From the NCBI GenBank assembly GCA_033764015.1, contig JANRJK010000030.1:1-64000 (forward strand): DNA of 64,000 nt, in the 5' to 3' direction. The position numbers were made by a program, and so were the translations under genes. Positions 26,210 through 36,559 of this stretch are shown here, in pieces (positions within the stretch are counted from its first letter, which is position 1; each line of letters starts with the position of its first letter). The stretch is from Candidatus Sumerlaeia bacterium. GTDB lineage: Bacteria; Sumerlaeota; Sumerlaeia; SLMS01; JANRJK01. Under the pieces are notes generated by a model. The model worked only from the letters and a program-made list of their open reading frames with translations. It did no database searches and was not told where the DNA came from.

Positions 26210-28057
26210 TCAGGGCGCCGGCGGCGGCTCCGGCAAGAGTTCGAGAATAGTCATGCCAAGCTCCTGGTGGAAGAGGCGCGCCAGCCCGTTCCCCGTGAGC
26301 GTCGTCGAGAGCGCCTGCAGCCTCTCCGGGTCCATGCTGTCCGGGTTCAGCGCAAGGAACCGCAACCCGTCCGCCGACGCCTCCGCGCGGAACCGCGCGA
26401 GCTGCTCCGCGTCTAGCCTTCGCGCGCGCGTGCCGAACTCACCTGCGGTGATCCGGTACCACAGCCGCGTCTCGAGCCAGCGGTCGTAACCCTCCGGTGT
26501 CCTCGAAAGGTACCCCTGCAGGATCGGGCGCCCATGGATGGTCTGGTGGTACATTGCCATGCCGTTCACCCAGTAACCGAACGCGGGCGCTTCATGGACG
26601 CCGCCGGGGCCCGGCGCCTCAGCCACCCGCAGTAGTCCTTCGCGGGGGAAGCGCCCTTCGTTTGGGTAAAACGTTATCCCCTGCTCCCACAGCGCGACGG
26701 CGAGCAGCGCCGCGCCCGCCGCGCCGGCACGCGCGCCCCGCATCCCGAGATGCTCCGTACCCAAGCGCATCCCCGCGGCGGCCAACGGCGCCAGCCAGAG
26801 CAGCGCGCCGACCTGGAACAGATAGCCCGCCCGCATCGGCACCCGCATCTGTTCGAACACCGGCAAACCCGAGAGCAGTCCGTAGGGCGACGGAACCGAG
26901 ATGCCACGCCACTCCACCGGCACTGGGCCCGTGAAGTCGAGGCGCCGCGCCGCGTCCGCCGGATCCTCAAGGGTCGCGAGCTTCACCCTCGGACCCAACG
27001 CCAGGAAGAGCGCGCAGGCCATCGCCACCGCGAGCCCCAGCGACACGGCGCGCCCCAGCCGAGGCCGCGCCCCGCGCCGCCAGCCCCAGACGGCCAGCGC
27101 AAGCACACACAACGGCGGCGCGAAGGAGATGCTCCGCATCGGGGCGAGCAGATCCAGATACGCCTGCGGAACGCGCTCCTGGCCGGTCACAAGGCAGCGC
27201 AGCCACGACGGCGCGAGGAACTGCCCCAGATCCGCCGACCCCCGCACAACGACCCACTCCGCGAAGGAGGAAGTGGTGCCGAGGTGCCCGAGCGACTCGC
27301 GCACGCCCGCGGCGAAGATCAGCAGCAGCGGCGACGCGATCGCCAGCGCCAGCGCCCCCTGCCGCAGCCACCCCAGCCACGACGCCCTCGCGGGACGAAG
27401 GCGCACCGCCAGCGCGACCGCCACCACGCCGAGCACCAGTCCGCCCTGCGCGAGATAGTACCAGTTGCTGAGCAGCAGCATCGACACCGCCGCGCCCGCG
27501 GCCGCCCCGTAGCGGATCCGTGGGGGCTCCTGCGCGCACGCCACCAGCGACCAGGCCAGGAAGAGCAGGTGGCCCGTCGCCTGCAGGCTGATCGCCTGCG
27601 CGTTGATGTGGCGGTAGCCGCACTGCATGGCCAGCAGCGCGGCGATCAATGCCGCCAACCGGTCCAGCCCGAGCCGCCGCCCCAGCAGGAACGCCGCCGC
27701 GCCGGTCCACAGCGCGTGGCCGAACAGCGCGGACTTCCAAGCGACTTCCATCCCGGCCAGACGCCGCACCGGCGTCGCCAGGATCGCATCGAGCATCTCG
27801 AAGGTGTGAAGGTACAGCTTCGCGCCGAACGGCGCGAAGAGCATGTCGGTCGTGTAGGGATTAACTCCGCGGCGCAGCGCCTGGTCGAACCACCAGTGGT
27901 TCCAGAACGTCTGGCCCAGGTCGCCTTTGGGATAGAAGAGCGGGTACGCGGTCGGGTTGGCGAAGAGCGCCGCCAGCGGCAGCAGCGCCGCGACCACCAG
28001 CACGCCCGCGCAAAGCGCGCGGGAGGGCTCGATGGCTTGGGTGTCGGATCCGGTCAC
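26210..28057 (-). CDS. Polytopic membrane protein, probable GT-C/YfhO-like glycosyltransferase
   Basis: Many TM segments, GDLGQTFWNHWW...TDMLFAPFG, MRVPMR, MYHQTIHGRPILQGY. Confidence 0.6.
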   Translation of the reverse strand: MTGSDTQAIEPSRALCAGVLVVAALLPLAALFANPTAYPLFYPKGDLGQTFWNHWWFDQALRRGVNPYTTDMLFAPFGAKLYLHTFEMLDAILATPVRRLAGMEVAWKSALFGHALWTGAAAFLLGRRLGLDRLAALIAALLAMQCGYRHINAQAISLQATGHLLFLAWSLVACAQEPPRIRYGAAAGAAVSMLLLSNWYYLAQGGLVLGVVAVALAVRLRPARASWLGWLRQGALALAIASPLLLIFAAGVRESLGHLGTTSSFAEWVVVRGSADLGQFLAPSWLRCLVTGQERVPQAYLDLLAPMRSISFAPPLCVLALAVWGWRRGARPRLGRAVSLGLAVAMACALFLALGPRVKLATLEDPADAARRLDFTGPVPVEWRGISVPSPYGLLSGLPVFEQMRVPMRAGYLFQVGALLWLAPLAAAGMRLGTEHLGMRGARAGAAGAALLAVALWEQGITFYPNEGRFPREGLLRVAEAPGPGGVHEAPAFGYWVNGMAMYHQTIHGRPILQGYLSRTPEGYDRWLETRLWYRITAGEFGTRARRLDAEQLARFRAEASADGLRFLALNPDSMDPERLQALSTTLTGNGLARLFHQELGMTILELLPEPPPAP

Positions 28058-28108
28058 GGGCTGGGCGGAGGTCCTTCGCGTCGTGCCGGGAGGCTAGGCC
28101 GGCGTCGC

Positions 28109-29464
28109 TCAGTCGCCGAGGCCAAACTCCGCCGTCTCGATCCGTTCGCGCAGCGCGGCCATGAAGTTATCCGCCTCCCAGCCGTCGATCAGCCGGTGGT
28201 CGAACCCCAGCGTGAGGCACGCCCGCAGCCGCACCGCGATCACGTCCTCGCCGTCCGGGCACTCGACCACCGCAGGGGTCTTCGAGATCGCGCCCACGTG
28301 CAGGATCGCCGACTGCGGCTGGTTGATGACCGGCGTGCCCATCAGCGCGCCGAGCTGCCCCGGGCTCGTCACGGTGAACGTGCCGCCCTCGACGTCGGCG
28401 GGGGAGAGCTGCCCGTTGCGCGCCCGCCCGGCCGATTCGCCCAGTTTCTTCGCCAGGCCCGCCAGCGAAAGGTTCTCCGTCTCTCGGATCACCGGCACGA
28501 TCAAGCCCCCCGCCGGGAGCGCCACCGCGACGCCCAAGTTCACCGAGCCGTGGTACACGACCGTCGTGTCGTTGCGGATCGACGCGTTGAACTCGCTGTG
28601 CTTCTGGAGGAGCTGCGAGAGCGCCTTGAGGACGAAGGCGAGCGGCGTGAGTTTCACGCCGTGCGCCGCCTCGAAGTCCGCCCGGTGCCGCAGGCGGAGC
28701 TTCTCGAGCCGCGTGAAGTCGATCTCGTGCACCGTGTAGACGTGGGCGCTGGTGCGCTGGCTGCGCAGCATGTGCTCCGCGATCATCCGGCGCATGGTTC
28801 CCATGGGGGCTTCCTTCGCCGGCGCGGGGGCCTTCGCCGCGGCGGGCGCCGGCTCCGGGCGCGGACGCGCGGGGGCGTCGCGTCGCTCCGCGAGGTACGA
28901 CTCCAGGTCCCGGCGCGTCACGCGCCCGTGCTGGCCGCTACCCGGCACCTCGGCGATGTCGACGCCGAGCTCCTTCGCCATGTTGCGCACCAGCGGCGTG
29001 CTGCGCTGGCGCATCAGCCGCGCGCGCTGCTCCTCGACGTCGCCGGAAAGCTCCTCGACCGGCGTCGAAGGCGCCTTCCCGTTCCCCCGCCCATTGCTTG
29101 ACTGTGTCAACGGACACGCGGGCTTGGCTGCCTCGGCCGCCGACGCGGGGGCAGCGGGGGAGGCGGCCGCCGATCCCGCCGCCTGCGCCGCCGCCGCGGG
29201 CTTCGCGGCGACCACGGCGCCCGCCGGCGCGATCCGCGCAATCAACGTGTCGATCGGCACCGTCGCGCCCTCCGCGAACAGCAGCTCCGCCACCACGCCG
29301 GACGCCGGCGCGGGGATCTCCACCTCGACCTTCGCAGTCGAGATATCGAGCAGCGCCTCGCCCTCCTCCACCGCCTCGCCGACCTTCTTGCGCCAGCCGG
29401 TGATGGTCGCTTCGGTGATGCTTTCGCCCATCTGGGGCATGATGACGTTCGTGCCGTTGGCCAT
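28109..29464 (-). CDS. 2-oxoacid dehydrogenase E2 (dihydrolipoamide acyltransferase)
   Basis: Lipoyl domain (ISTAKVEVEIPAP), E3-binding domain (TPLVRNMAKELGVD..GRVTRRD), DHRLIDG. Confidence 0.93.
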   Translation of the reverse strand: MANGTNVIMPQMGESITEATITGWRKKVGEAVEEGEALLDISTAKVEVEIPAPASGVVAELLFAEGATVPIDTLIARIAPAGAVVAAKPAAAAQAAGSAAASPAAPASAAEAAKPACPLTQSSNGRGNGKAPSTPVEELSGDVEEQRARLMRQRSTPLVRNMAKELGVDIAEVPGSGQHGRVTRRDLESYLAERRDAPARPRPEPAPAAAKAPAPAKEAPMGTMRRMIAEHMLRSQRTSAHVYTVHEIDFTRLEKLRLRHRADFEAAHGVKLTPLAFVLKALSQLLQKHSEFNASIRNDTTVVYHGSVNLGVAVALPAGGLIVPVIRETENLSLAGLAKKLGESAGRARNGQLSPADVEGGTFTVTSPGQLGALMGTPVINQPQSAILHVGAISKTPAVVECPDGEDVIAVRLRACLTLGFDHRLIDGWEADNFMAALRERIETAEFGLGD

Positions 29465-29498
29465 TGCGTTGCGTCTCCGTGCGCGGGTGGTGCGGTTC

Positions 29499-31637
29499 TT
29501 AGTAGCGGGCCAGCGCGTCGAGCGCCTGCGCCACGTCGTCGATCTGGGGCAGGATCGCCTCCTCCAGCACGGGCGAGTAGGCCACCCACGTGTCGAGCGA
29601 GCCGAGCCGCCGCACCGGCGCGTCCAGCCACTCGAAGCAGTGGTCCGTCACCGACGCCACGACCTCGTTGCAGAAGCCCGCGAAGGTCCCCTCCTCGCTC
29701 ACCACCAGGCACCGGTGCGTCTTGCGCACCGACGCCGCCACGGTCTCCGCGTCGAACGGGACGATGGTGCGCAGGTCGATGATTTCCGTCGAGAGGCCCC
29801 GCTCTTTGCGCAGCCGCTCCGCCGCGTCCTCGCAGCGGTGCACCAGCGCGCCCCAGGTGACGATCGTGGCGTCCGTGCCCTCGCGCACCACGCGCGCCTT
29901 GCCGAACGGGATCATGAAGTCGTCGCCCGGATAGGCGGCCCGGTTGTACCCTTGGTAGTAGAGGTGCTTGTGCTCCAGGAACAGCACCGGGTCGTCGCCG
30001 CGCAGCGCCGTGCGCAGCAGCCCGATCGCGTCGAGCGCGTTGCTCGGATACGCGATGTGCAGCCCCGGGCACTTGGCGAAGATCGCCTCGCCGGTCTGGC
30101 TGTGGTACGGCGCCCCGCCGCGGAGGTACCCCCCGATCGGCACGCGCACCACCGCGGGAGCGGTCGACAACCCGCCGGAGCGGTACCGCATCGTCGCCAG
30201 CTCGTTCCGGATCTGCATCATCGCCGGCCAGATGTAGTCGAAGAACTGGATCTCCGCGCACGGCTTCAAGCCGCGCAGCGCGTGGCCCACCGCCCGGCCC
30301 ACGATCCCCGCCTCCGCCAGCGGCGCGTTGAACACGCGCCCCTTGCCGAACTTCGACTGCAGGCCGTGCGTGATCTTGAACACGCCGCCCTTGCCCTTGC
30401 ACTCCTTCAGGTTCTCCTCGCGGCTCGCGTCCGCCACGTCCTCGCCGAACACCAGGATGCGCTTGTCGCGCGACATCTCCGTGGCCAGCGTGCGGTTCAC
30501 CGCCTGGCCGAAGGCCACCGCCTCGCCCCCCGGCTCCGGCGTCGACTCCTCCGAGCACGGCGAATAGCCCGAGTACAGGTGGTCCATCGCCTCCGACTTC
30601 TCCGGCTTCGGCATCGCGAGCGCCTCCGCCGACGCCTTCGCGACGTTCTCGCGCACCGACTTCTTCAGCGCCGCGACCTCGTCCGGCGCGAGGAGGCCGT
30701 CCGCCACCAGGAACTCCTCGAAGCGCTTCAGGCAGTCGCGCCCCGCCTCCTCCGCCAGCTCCTCCTTCGTCCGGTACAGCACGTGGTCGTCCGAAAGCGA
30801 ATGCGAATACGGCCGCGTCACCATCGCCCGCACCAGCGCCGGGCCGCTCCCGGCGCGGCAATACGCCGCCGCGCGGCGCATCGCCTCGACCGACGCCAGC
30901 ACATCGGTGCCGTCGCATTCGATCACCAGCAGGCCGGGAAAGCCCGACACCACCGCCGCCACATTCTTCCCCGCGATCGACTCCTCCGCGGGGACCGAGA
31001 TCGCGTACTCGTTGTCCTCGACCAAGAAGATGACCGGCAGCTTCTTCAGCGCCGCGTAGTTCACCGCCTCGAAGAACTCGCCCTCGCAGGTCGCGCCCTC
31101 GCCCGACGTCGCCAGCGACACCTCGTCGTCGTGCGCCGGCAGGTCCAGCCTCTGCTCCCGGATGTAGCGCGCCGCCTCCGCGCACCCAACCGCCTGCAGG
31201 AACTGCGTCCCGGTCGGGCTCGATTGCGACGGCACGTTGGCGCGAACCAGGCCCCAGTGGCTCGGCATCTGCCGCGCGCGCGAGTTCGGATCGTCCTTCG
31301 CGCCGACCGCCGACATCAGCATCTCCTTCGGCGTCATGCCGAGCTGGAGCATCAGTGCGCGGTCGCGGTAGTACGGGAAGAACCAGTCGTGGCCCGCGCG
31401 CAGCGCGACGCCCGCAGCGACGCCGATAGCTTCGTGCCCGGCGCCGGAAATCTGGAAATAGATCTCGTTCCGCTTCTTGAGGCGGATCTCCTCGTCGTCG
31501 ATCGCCCGTGCGGTGAGCATCGTCTCGAAAAACGCGACGAGCTGCTCGCGGTTGAAACCCTCGGTCGTGTGGGCCACGTCGGCCTCCGGCGCTGGATTCG
31601 TCGTGCGGGGTTGAAGGTTCTTGCCGTTTGTCGCCAT
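29499..31637 (-). CDS. Fused E1 alpha/beta 2-oxoacid dehydrogenase (likely branched-chain)
   Basis: [34 protein letters not shown] (ThDP motif), HSLSDD, FGEDVA..GGVFKIT, EIQFFDY. Confidence 0.92.
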   Translation of the reverse strand: MATNGKNLQPRTTNPAPEADVAHTTEGFNREQLVAFFETMLTARAIDDEEIRLKKRNEIYFQISGAGHEAIGVAAGVALRAGHDWFFPYYRDRALMLQLGMTPKEMLMSAVGAKDDPNSRARQMPSHWGLVRANVPSQSSPTGTQFLQAVGCAEAARYIREQRLDLPAHDDEVSLATSGEGATCEGEFFEAVNYAALKKLPVIFLVEDNEYAISVPAEESIAGKNVAAVVSGFPGLLVIECDGTDVLASVEAMRRAAAYCRAGSGPALVRAMVTRPYSHSLSDDHVLYRTKEELAEEAGRDCLKRFEEFLVADGLLAPDEVAALKKSVRENVAKASAEALAMPKPEKSEAMDHLYSGYSPCSEESTPEPGGEAVAFGQAVNRTLATEMSRDKRILVFGEDVADASREENLKECKGKGGVFKITHGLQSKFGKGRVFNAPLAEAGIVGRAVGHALRGLKPCAEIQFFDYIWPAMMQIRNELATMRYRSGGLSTAPAVVRVPIGGYLRGGAPYHSQTGEAIFAKCPGLHIAYPSNALDAIGLLRTALRGDDPVLFLEHKHLYYQGYNRAAYPGDDFMIPFGKARVVREGTDATIVTWGALVHRCEDAAERLRKERGLSTEIIDLRTIVPFDAETVAASVRKTHRCLVVSEEGTFAGFCNEVVASVTDHCFEWLDAPVRRLGSLDTWVAYSPVLEEAILPQIDDVAQALDALARY

Positions 31638-31780
31638 GTCGGGTACGCTCCGCGCGCGGTGTTGTGGGGAGCTTAGGAAGCGCTTTATCGGCGCGGCAAG
31701 GAGGAAATGCCCGCCTGGGGCAGCGCTCGGCCTCGAACCGAAGCTGCGTGCCAATCGCGTCTGTCGCTCCGTCGGCCCTC

Positions 31781-33289
31781 TTACCAATAAATCGCCGCGG
31801 CGGGGAACCAAAACTCAAGGTAGGCTGGACGCGACTTCAGCAGATTCACCACTGGCTTGCGATACTCGAATCTATCATAATTGGAAATCATCTGAGAGTC
31901 GAGGGCCGATAGATACGCGATCACAAAAGCGTTGTACTCAAGCGCAGTCTTGTACCCGCTCGGCATCAAGTCCTCGCCGATTTGCGTCGAGTTATGGTTC
32001 AAGTTGAAGAGGTCATACTTTCCGGAGACCGTTCCGATCAATCCGGTATCGGACTCATACGAATCCATCAGCATGTGAAGCGCGGATCTAGACATGTGCA
32101 ACGAATCCTGTGACATGCGGTCGAGCCAGAAGCGGGCGGCCTCGTAGTTCGTCTCAACCCCCCAGCCAGCGAAGTATGCAAGTGCAAGATACCAGCGGCA
32201 GGCATCCACCTCTCGGAGCGCTCCACGATTCGCATAGTACGCGAACGCTTCTTCATCCCTCCAGCCTTCTTCGAATCCAAAAATCCAGCATAATCTCTTG
32301 CAGGCGTTGGAGTTGCCGTCCGCAGCCGCCTCGACTAGATAGTGCACTGCGCGGCTCCTATCTTCGAGCGACTTGGATGTTTCCCAAAGCAAATCTCCGG
32401 CCTCCCCCATCGCATCTCCGCTCCCGGCGGCGATGCCCATTTCAAAGAACTCCATTGCCTTCTGGATCTCCTGCGAAACTCCCCTTCCGTACCTGTAGTT
32501 CAATCCGACGTTGAACATCGACATCGGATCCCCGAGCTCGGCTGCGCGCAGATAGTACTTGAATGCGGTGACTGCGTCCTTTTTTTCGATCAGACCCTCC
32601 GTATAGAGGTATCCCATCGACCGAAACGCCTCGGGAAACTCCTGCTCGATGGCCTCCTCCAGCAGCTTCAATCCCTTCTCGCGATCCCTGAACCGCTCCG
32701 AATCCCAGTAGTACACGTGGAACAACTCATACGTCGCCTTCGGGTACCCCGCTGCGTAGCCCTTCTCGATCATCGAAATCGCTTCGCGCTCGTAGGTGGG
32801 TAGGCGCAGCGGCGCGAAGCGCATCCGCCTCGTGCCCTCGATCGTCATCGCGAACGGTTCCTCGGCCTCGAGGGCGATCTCCCAGTACTCTTGCGGGATC
32901 GACGGATCCTCCACTCGGAAACCGCAGCCGCACGCGGTCGCCATCGCGACCATCGCACAGGCGGAGGGCTCCTCCTCCAGCGCCACGTCGAGCAGCAACT
33001 CCAACGCCCGGGACGGGTCGCCGCCGATGTAGCGCCCCTTCTCCGCGCCCAGCGCGTTCGTGATCACCTCCACGCCGACCTGCATCTTGACGTCGGCCTT
33101 CGCCGTCAGAAACCGGTCCAGGTCCCGCCAATGGATCAGGAACCGGCGCGGCGAGGGCTCCGTATCCGCCCCGGGTGTGATGCCCATTTGTTGCGGCGCG
33201 GGCGGCGCTGCGGTTGGATCGGCCGCGGGCGCGACCGAAAGGGCGAGAATCCCCAGCAGGATGAGGGCGGCAAACTGAAGTGTGCGCAT
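31781..33289 (-). CDS. Secreted Sel1-like repeat protein
   Basis: Signal peptide [25 protein letters not shown] motifs such as [30 protein letters not shown]. Confidence 0.85.
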   Translation of the reverse strand: MRTLQFAALILLGILALSVAPAADPTAAPPAPQQMGITPGADTEPSPRRFLIHWRDLDRFLTAKADVKMQVGVEVITNALGAEKGRYIGGDPSRALELLLDVALEEEPSACAMVAMATACGCGFRVEDPSIPQEYWEIALEAEEPFAMTIEGTRRMRFAPLRLPTYEREAISMIEKGYAAGYPKATYELFHVYYWDSERFRDREKGLKLLEEAIEQEFPEAFRSMGYLYTEGLIEKKDAVTAFKYYLRAAELGDPMSMFNVGLNYRYGRGVSQEIQKAMEFFEMGIAAGSGDAMGEAGDLLWETSKSLEDRSRAVHYLVEAAADGNSNACKRLCWIFGFEEGWRDEEAFAYYANRGALREVDACRWYLALAYFAGWGVETNYEAARFWLDRMSQDSLHMSRSALHMLMDSYESDTGLIGTVSGKYDLFNLNHNSTQIGEDLMPSGYKTALEYNAFVIAYLSALDSQMISNYDRFEYRKPVVNLLKSRPAYLEFWFPAAAIYW

Positions 33290-33458
33290 TGGTGGCGGGC
33301 GCTCCCGAATGGGCTATCGTGGCGTCAAGTTGTCTGGATTCCGTCCCTCCGGCAAGCGGAATCGCCCCCGCCCCGACCGCCGCATTCCACTGGAATACGC
33401 GAGCGCCCCGGGGGTAGGAATCGCATCCCGCCCGCGGTGGCGCCGAAGGAGGATGCGG

Positions 33459-34379
33459 ATGGAAAGCAAGCAGCCGATTCCCGTCAAGCGCGTGGTGCTT
33501 GGCGTCCTCGCCTTGTTCGTTGGCGCCTGGGTGCTCGGGCGCGTGCTCCGCGAGCCCGAGTTCATCGTCTACGCCACCATGCCCGACGCCGGCGCGATCT
33601 CCGAAGGCGCCGATGTCCGCGTGTCCGGCTTCGTCGTCGGCGAGGTCAAGGGCGTGGACATCTCGCGCGACGGGCGGGGGGCCGAGGCCGCCCTCGTCCT
33701 GCGCCGCCAATATGTGGACCGCATCTTCTCGCCGCCGGACACGTACGCGGTGATCCGCCGCGAGCAGGGGTTCTTCGGTTCGAAGTACCTCGAGATCGTC
33801 AACGCCGGCGCGGCGCCGATCGCCGAAGGCGCCACCCTGCGCACGGAATCGAACGAGGCCGTCACCGCCGTGCGCGAAGCCTCCGCCGCCGTGAAGCGCG
33901 CGGGCGGCGCCGTCGCCGCGCAGGTGAAGGACCTGCTTCCCGCGGCAGCCGACTCGCCGCGCGCTGTCGGCGAGCAAGCGGAGGCGATCGGCCAAACCGC
34001 CGAGGCGGCCCGGGACGAGCTCCGAAACGGCATCGAGTCGGTCCAGGAGCGTCTCGACCACATCGCCAAGTCGGAGGACGGCCAGCACTACAAGGCGATG
34101 CTCGACAGCGTCGCGAAGCTGCTCGAGGACGCCGCGCAGGCGTCCGGCTCGAACGCCGAGGCCGCCGGCGAGATCCTTGAACGCGCCGCCGCCACCCTCG
34201 AACGGGAACTCCAGACGGTGGACCGCGAGCAACTCGCCGGCCGCCTGGACACCGCGTTCACCGAACTGGAACGCGCGACTTTCGCCCTCACGCGCCTCAG
34301 CCACGGTATCGTCGTCGACCTGGTCCGCGGCCCCGCGGACGGCGCCACCACGGGAACGCTGGTGCTCGAATCCCCATGA
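33459..34379 (+). CDS. MlaD/MCE family protein
   Basis: N-terminal TM, DAGAISEGADVRVSGFVVGEV, GFFGSKYLEI, helical C-terminus. AAGGAGG RBS. Confidence 0.85.
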   Translation: MESKQPIPVKRVVLGVLALFVGAWVLGRVLREPEFIVYATMPDAGAISEGADVRVSGFVVGEVKGVDISRDGRGAEAALVLRRQYVDRIFSPPDTYAVIRREQGFFGSKYLEIVNAGAAPIAEGATLRTESNEAVTAVREASAAVKRAGGAVAAQVKDLLPAAADSPRAVGEQAEAIGQTAEAARDELRNGIESVQERLDHIAKSEDGQHYKAMLDSVAKLLEDAAQASGSNAEAAGEILERAAATLERELQTVDREQLAGRLDTAFTELERATFALTRLSHGIVVDLVRGPADGATTGTLVLESP

Positions 34380-34933
34380 ACGCCCCCGGCCAGGCCGCGG
34401 AGGCGCTCGACGCGATCCGCCACATCTTCCGCTCGCAGAAGGCCACCGCCGACGGTGCGCTCGCGCAGCTCGCCGCCGGGGACCTGCTCGCGATCCCCCA
34501 CGAGGGCGGCAACAGCATCGCCGTCATCATCCGCCACCTGCGCGGCAACATGCTCTCGCGCTGGACCGACTTCCTCACGACCGACGGCGAGAAGCCGTGG
34601 CGCCAACGCGACACGGAGTTCGAGCAGCCTCCGCCGGAGACATCGCGAGACGAACTCCTGCGCTGGTGGGAGGAGGGCTGGGGCGTGTTCCTCGCCACCC
34701 TCGACTCGCTGGCACCGGAGGACCTCTCCCGGACCATCACGATCCGCGGGCAGGAGCACACGGTCCTCGAAGCGCTCCTTCGCCAGACGCACCACTACGG
34801 CTACCACACGGGGCAGCTCGTGCTGCTCGCGCGCTGGCGCCGCGGCCCCGCGTGGGAAACGCTCAGCATCGCCCGCGGCGCCAGCGCGGACTACAAGCCC
34901 AGCGGGCGGCACGGCGAAGCGAGGCCGCGCTAA
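34376..34933 (+). CDS. DUF1572/DinB-like protein
   Basis: NSIAVIIRHLRGNMLSRWTDFLTTDGEKPWRQRDTEF, HYGYHTGQ. Confidence 0.88.
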   Translation: MNAPGQAAEALDAIRHIFRSQKATADGALAQLAAGDLLAIPHEGGNSIAVIIRHLRGNMLSRWTDFLTTDGEKPWRQRDTEFEQPPPETSRDELLRWWEEGWGVFLATLDSLAPEDLSRTITIRGQEHTVLEALLRQTHHYGYHTGQLVLLARWRRGPAWETLSIARGASADYKPSGRHGEARPR

Positions 34934-34941
34934 GTCGGGGG

Positions 34942-36363
34942 TCAGCCTCCCGGAAGCAGCGCGGCGATCCGGTCCGCCTCGCGCAGCCCCGACAGGTACG
35001 CCCCGTGCATCGTTGAAGGATACCCGCGGTGCGTGGCTTCGCCCGCGAAGTGGACCCGCCCGTGCGGGGCCGCAAGCGCGTCGCGGTCCTCCGCCGCCGC
35101 CCCCGGCGGAATCACGGAGTAGGACCCCAGCGCGAACTCGTCGCCAGCCCAGCGCGTCGCAACCATCGCCTCGGGCTCCGGGACCGTCGCGCCATGGCAC
35201 TTGCGCAGCTCGGCGAGCACCTCGTCGGCGAGTTGCCCGTCGGTGAGGCGCTCCATGCTCCGCGCCGCCGAGCCAGCCCGCAGCGCCACCAGCACGCGGG
35301 ACCCGTTCGCCGGCGTGAGCGGCAGGAACCCGGTTTGCGGCTCGTCCGCCGCGCCCGGCATCCGCCCGAACGTGTGCAGGGTCGGGTCCCAGAACGGCTT
35401 GGCGAACCGCATCGCGACCTTGTTCAGGACGCCCATGCGCAGGCGGCGCAGCGACGCCAGCATGCCCTCCGGCAGCGGCGGATCGAACGCGACGGACCCC
35501 GCCGCCAGCACGCCGAGCGGCAGCGTCACCAGGCAGCGGTCGCCTTCGAACGTCCCCCTGTCGGTCTCCACCTGCACCCGGTCGCCGCCTTGCCGCACTG
35601 CGGCGACCCGGTGCGACAACCGGACGTCCACGCCATCCGCGAGGTGCGAAGCCAGTCGCCCGGCGCCGTCCGGGAAAATCCAATCGCCGCCGTCGAAGCC
35701 GTCGTCCTCGTTGAGGCTCGCGAGCGAGAGGTCCGCAAGGTCCGTCGCGTAGCTGAGTTCGATCTCGGAGCCCAGCACCCAGCGAACGTCCTGCCGCGCC
35801 TCCGCATCGAGGTCCGCGGACCTCAGATAGCGCTCCAGCGCGTCGGCCACGGACAGCTCGGGCGAGGCGCCGCGCCGCGCCTTCTCCAAGGCGGCAAACG
35901 CCCGTTCCGCATGGTGCCAAGCGCGTTCGAGCGCGTCGTCCCCAAGCGGCCGGCCATCGGGCGCGAAGAGGCGCATCGAGTCCCAGTCGGTCTTGACAGT
36001 CGCAGCGCCGGCGTCTTTCGCGAGCCGGGCGATCGGGTTGCCCTTGGGCCCGTGAATCCACGCCGCGCCCAGATCGACCGCCGCCCCGAGGGAACGGTCG
36101 GTCCAAACGCGCCCGCCGATACGCGCGCGGGCCTCCAGCACCAGGACTTCAGCCTCGCTCGCGCGCAGGCTCCGCGCCGCGGCCAATCCCGCCAATCCGG
36201 CGCCGACGACAAGCACGCGCCGCCCCCGCGCCCCGCCAGCCGGTGCGCGGAACGTCGGGCCGAATGCGACCGCCGCGGCGAGCAAGCGCAGGAACTGTCG
36301 GCGGGGAGGGCGGAAGCACACGGTTGAGGGAGCTCCGTAGAGGGATTCGCGCGGCGCGCCCAT
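34942..36363 (-). CDS. Flavin-dependent amine oxidase family protein with Tat-like signal
   Basis: RRQFLRLL, VVGAGLAGL, LEARARIGGRV, GAAWIHG, FAGEAT..TMHGAYLSG. The start could instead be the GTG at 36321. Confidence 0.87.
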   Translation of the reverse strand: MGAPRESLYGAPSTVCFRPPRRQFLRLLAAAVAFGPTFRAPAGGARGRRVLVVGAGLAGLAAARSLRASEAEVLVLEARARIGGRVWTDRSLGAAVDLGAAWIHGPKGNPIARLAKDAGAATVKTDWDSMRLFAPDGRPLGDDALERAWHHAERAFAALEKARRGASPELSVADALERYLRSADLDAEARQDVRWVLGSEIELSYATDLADLSLASLNEDDGFDGGDWIFPDGAGRLASHLADGVDVRLSHRVAAVRQGGDRVQVETDRGTFEGDRCLVTLPLGVLAAGSVAFDPPLPEGMLASLRRLRMGVLNKVAMRFAKPFWDPTLHTFGRMPGAADEPQTGFLPLTPANGSRVLVALRAGSAARSMERLTDGQLADEVLAELRKCHGATVPEPEAMVATRWAGDEFALGSYSVIPPGAAAEDRDALAAPHGRVHFAGEATHRGYPSTMHGAYLSGLREADRIAALLPGG

Positions 36364-36559
36364 GGCAGCGCGCGCGCCGCGGTCCCGCAACGAAGATCGC
36401 ACGCCGCCGCCGCCACCCCGTTCGCCCTTGCGCGGCACCCTCGCCGCGCCCAACATCAAGCGCTTGAGACGAATGCTCCCCCTGCCCCTTCGGCGGCGTG
36501 CACGGCGCGGAACACCTGCCGTCGAGCGTTTGCAGACAGGCCCGAGGAACCAAGAACCC

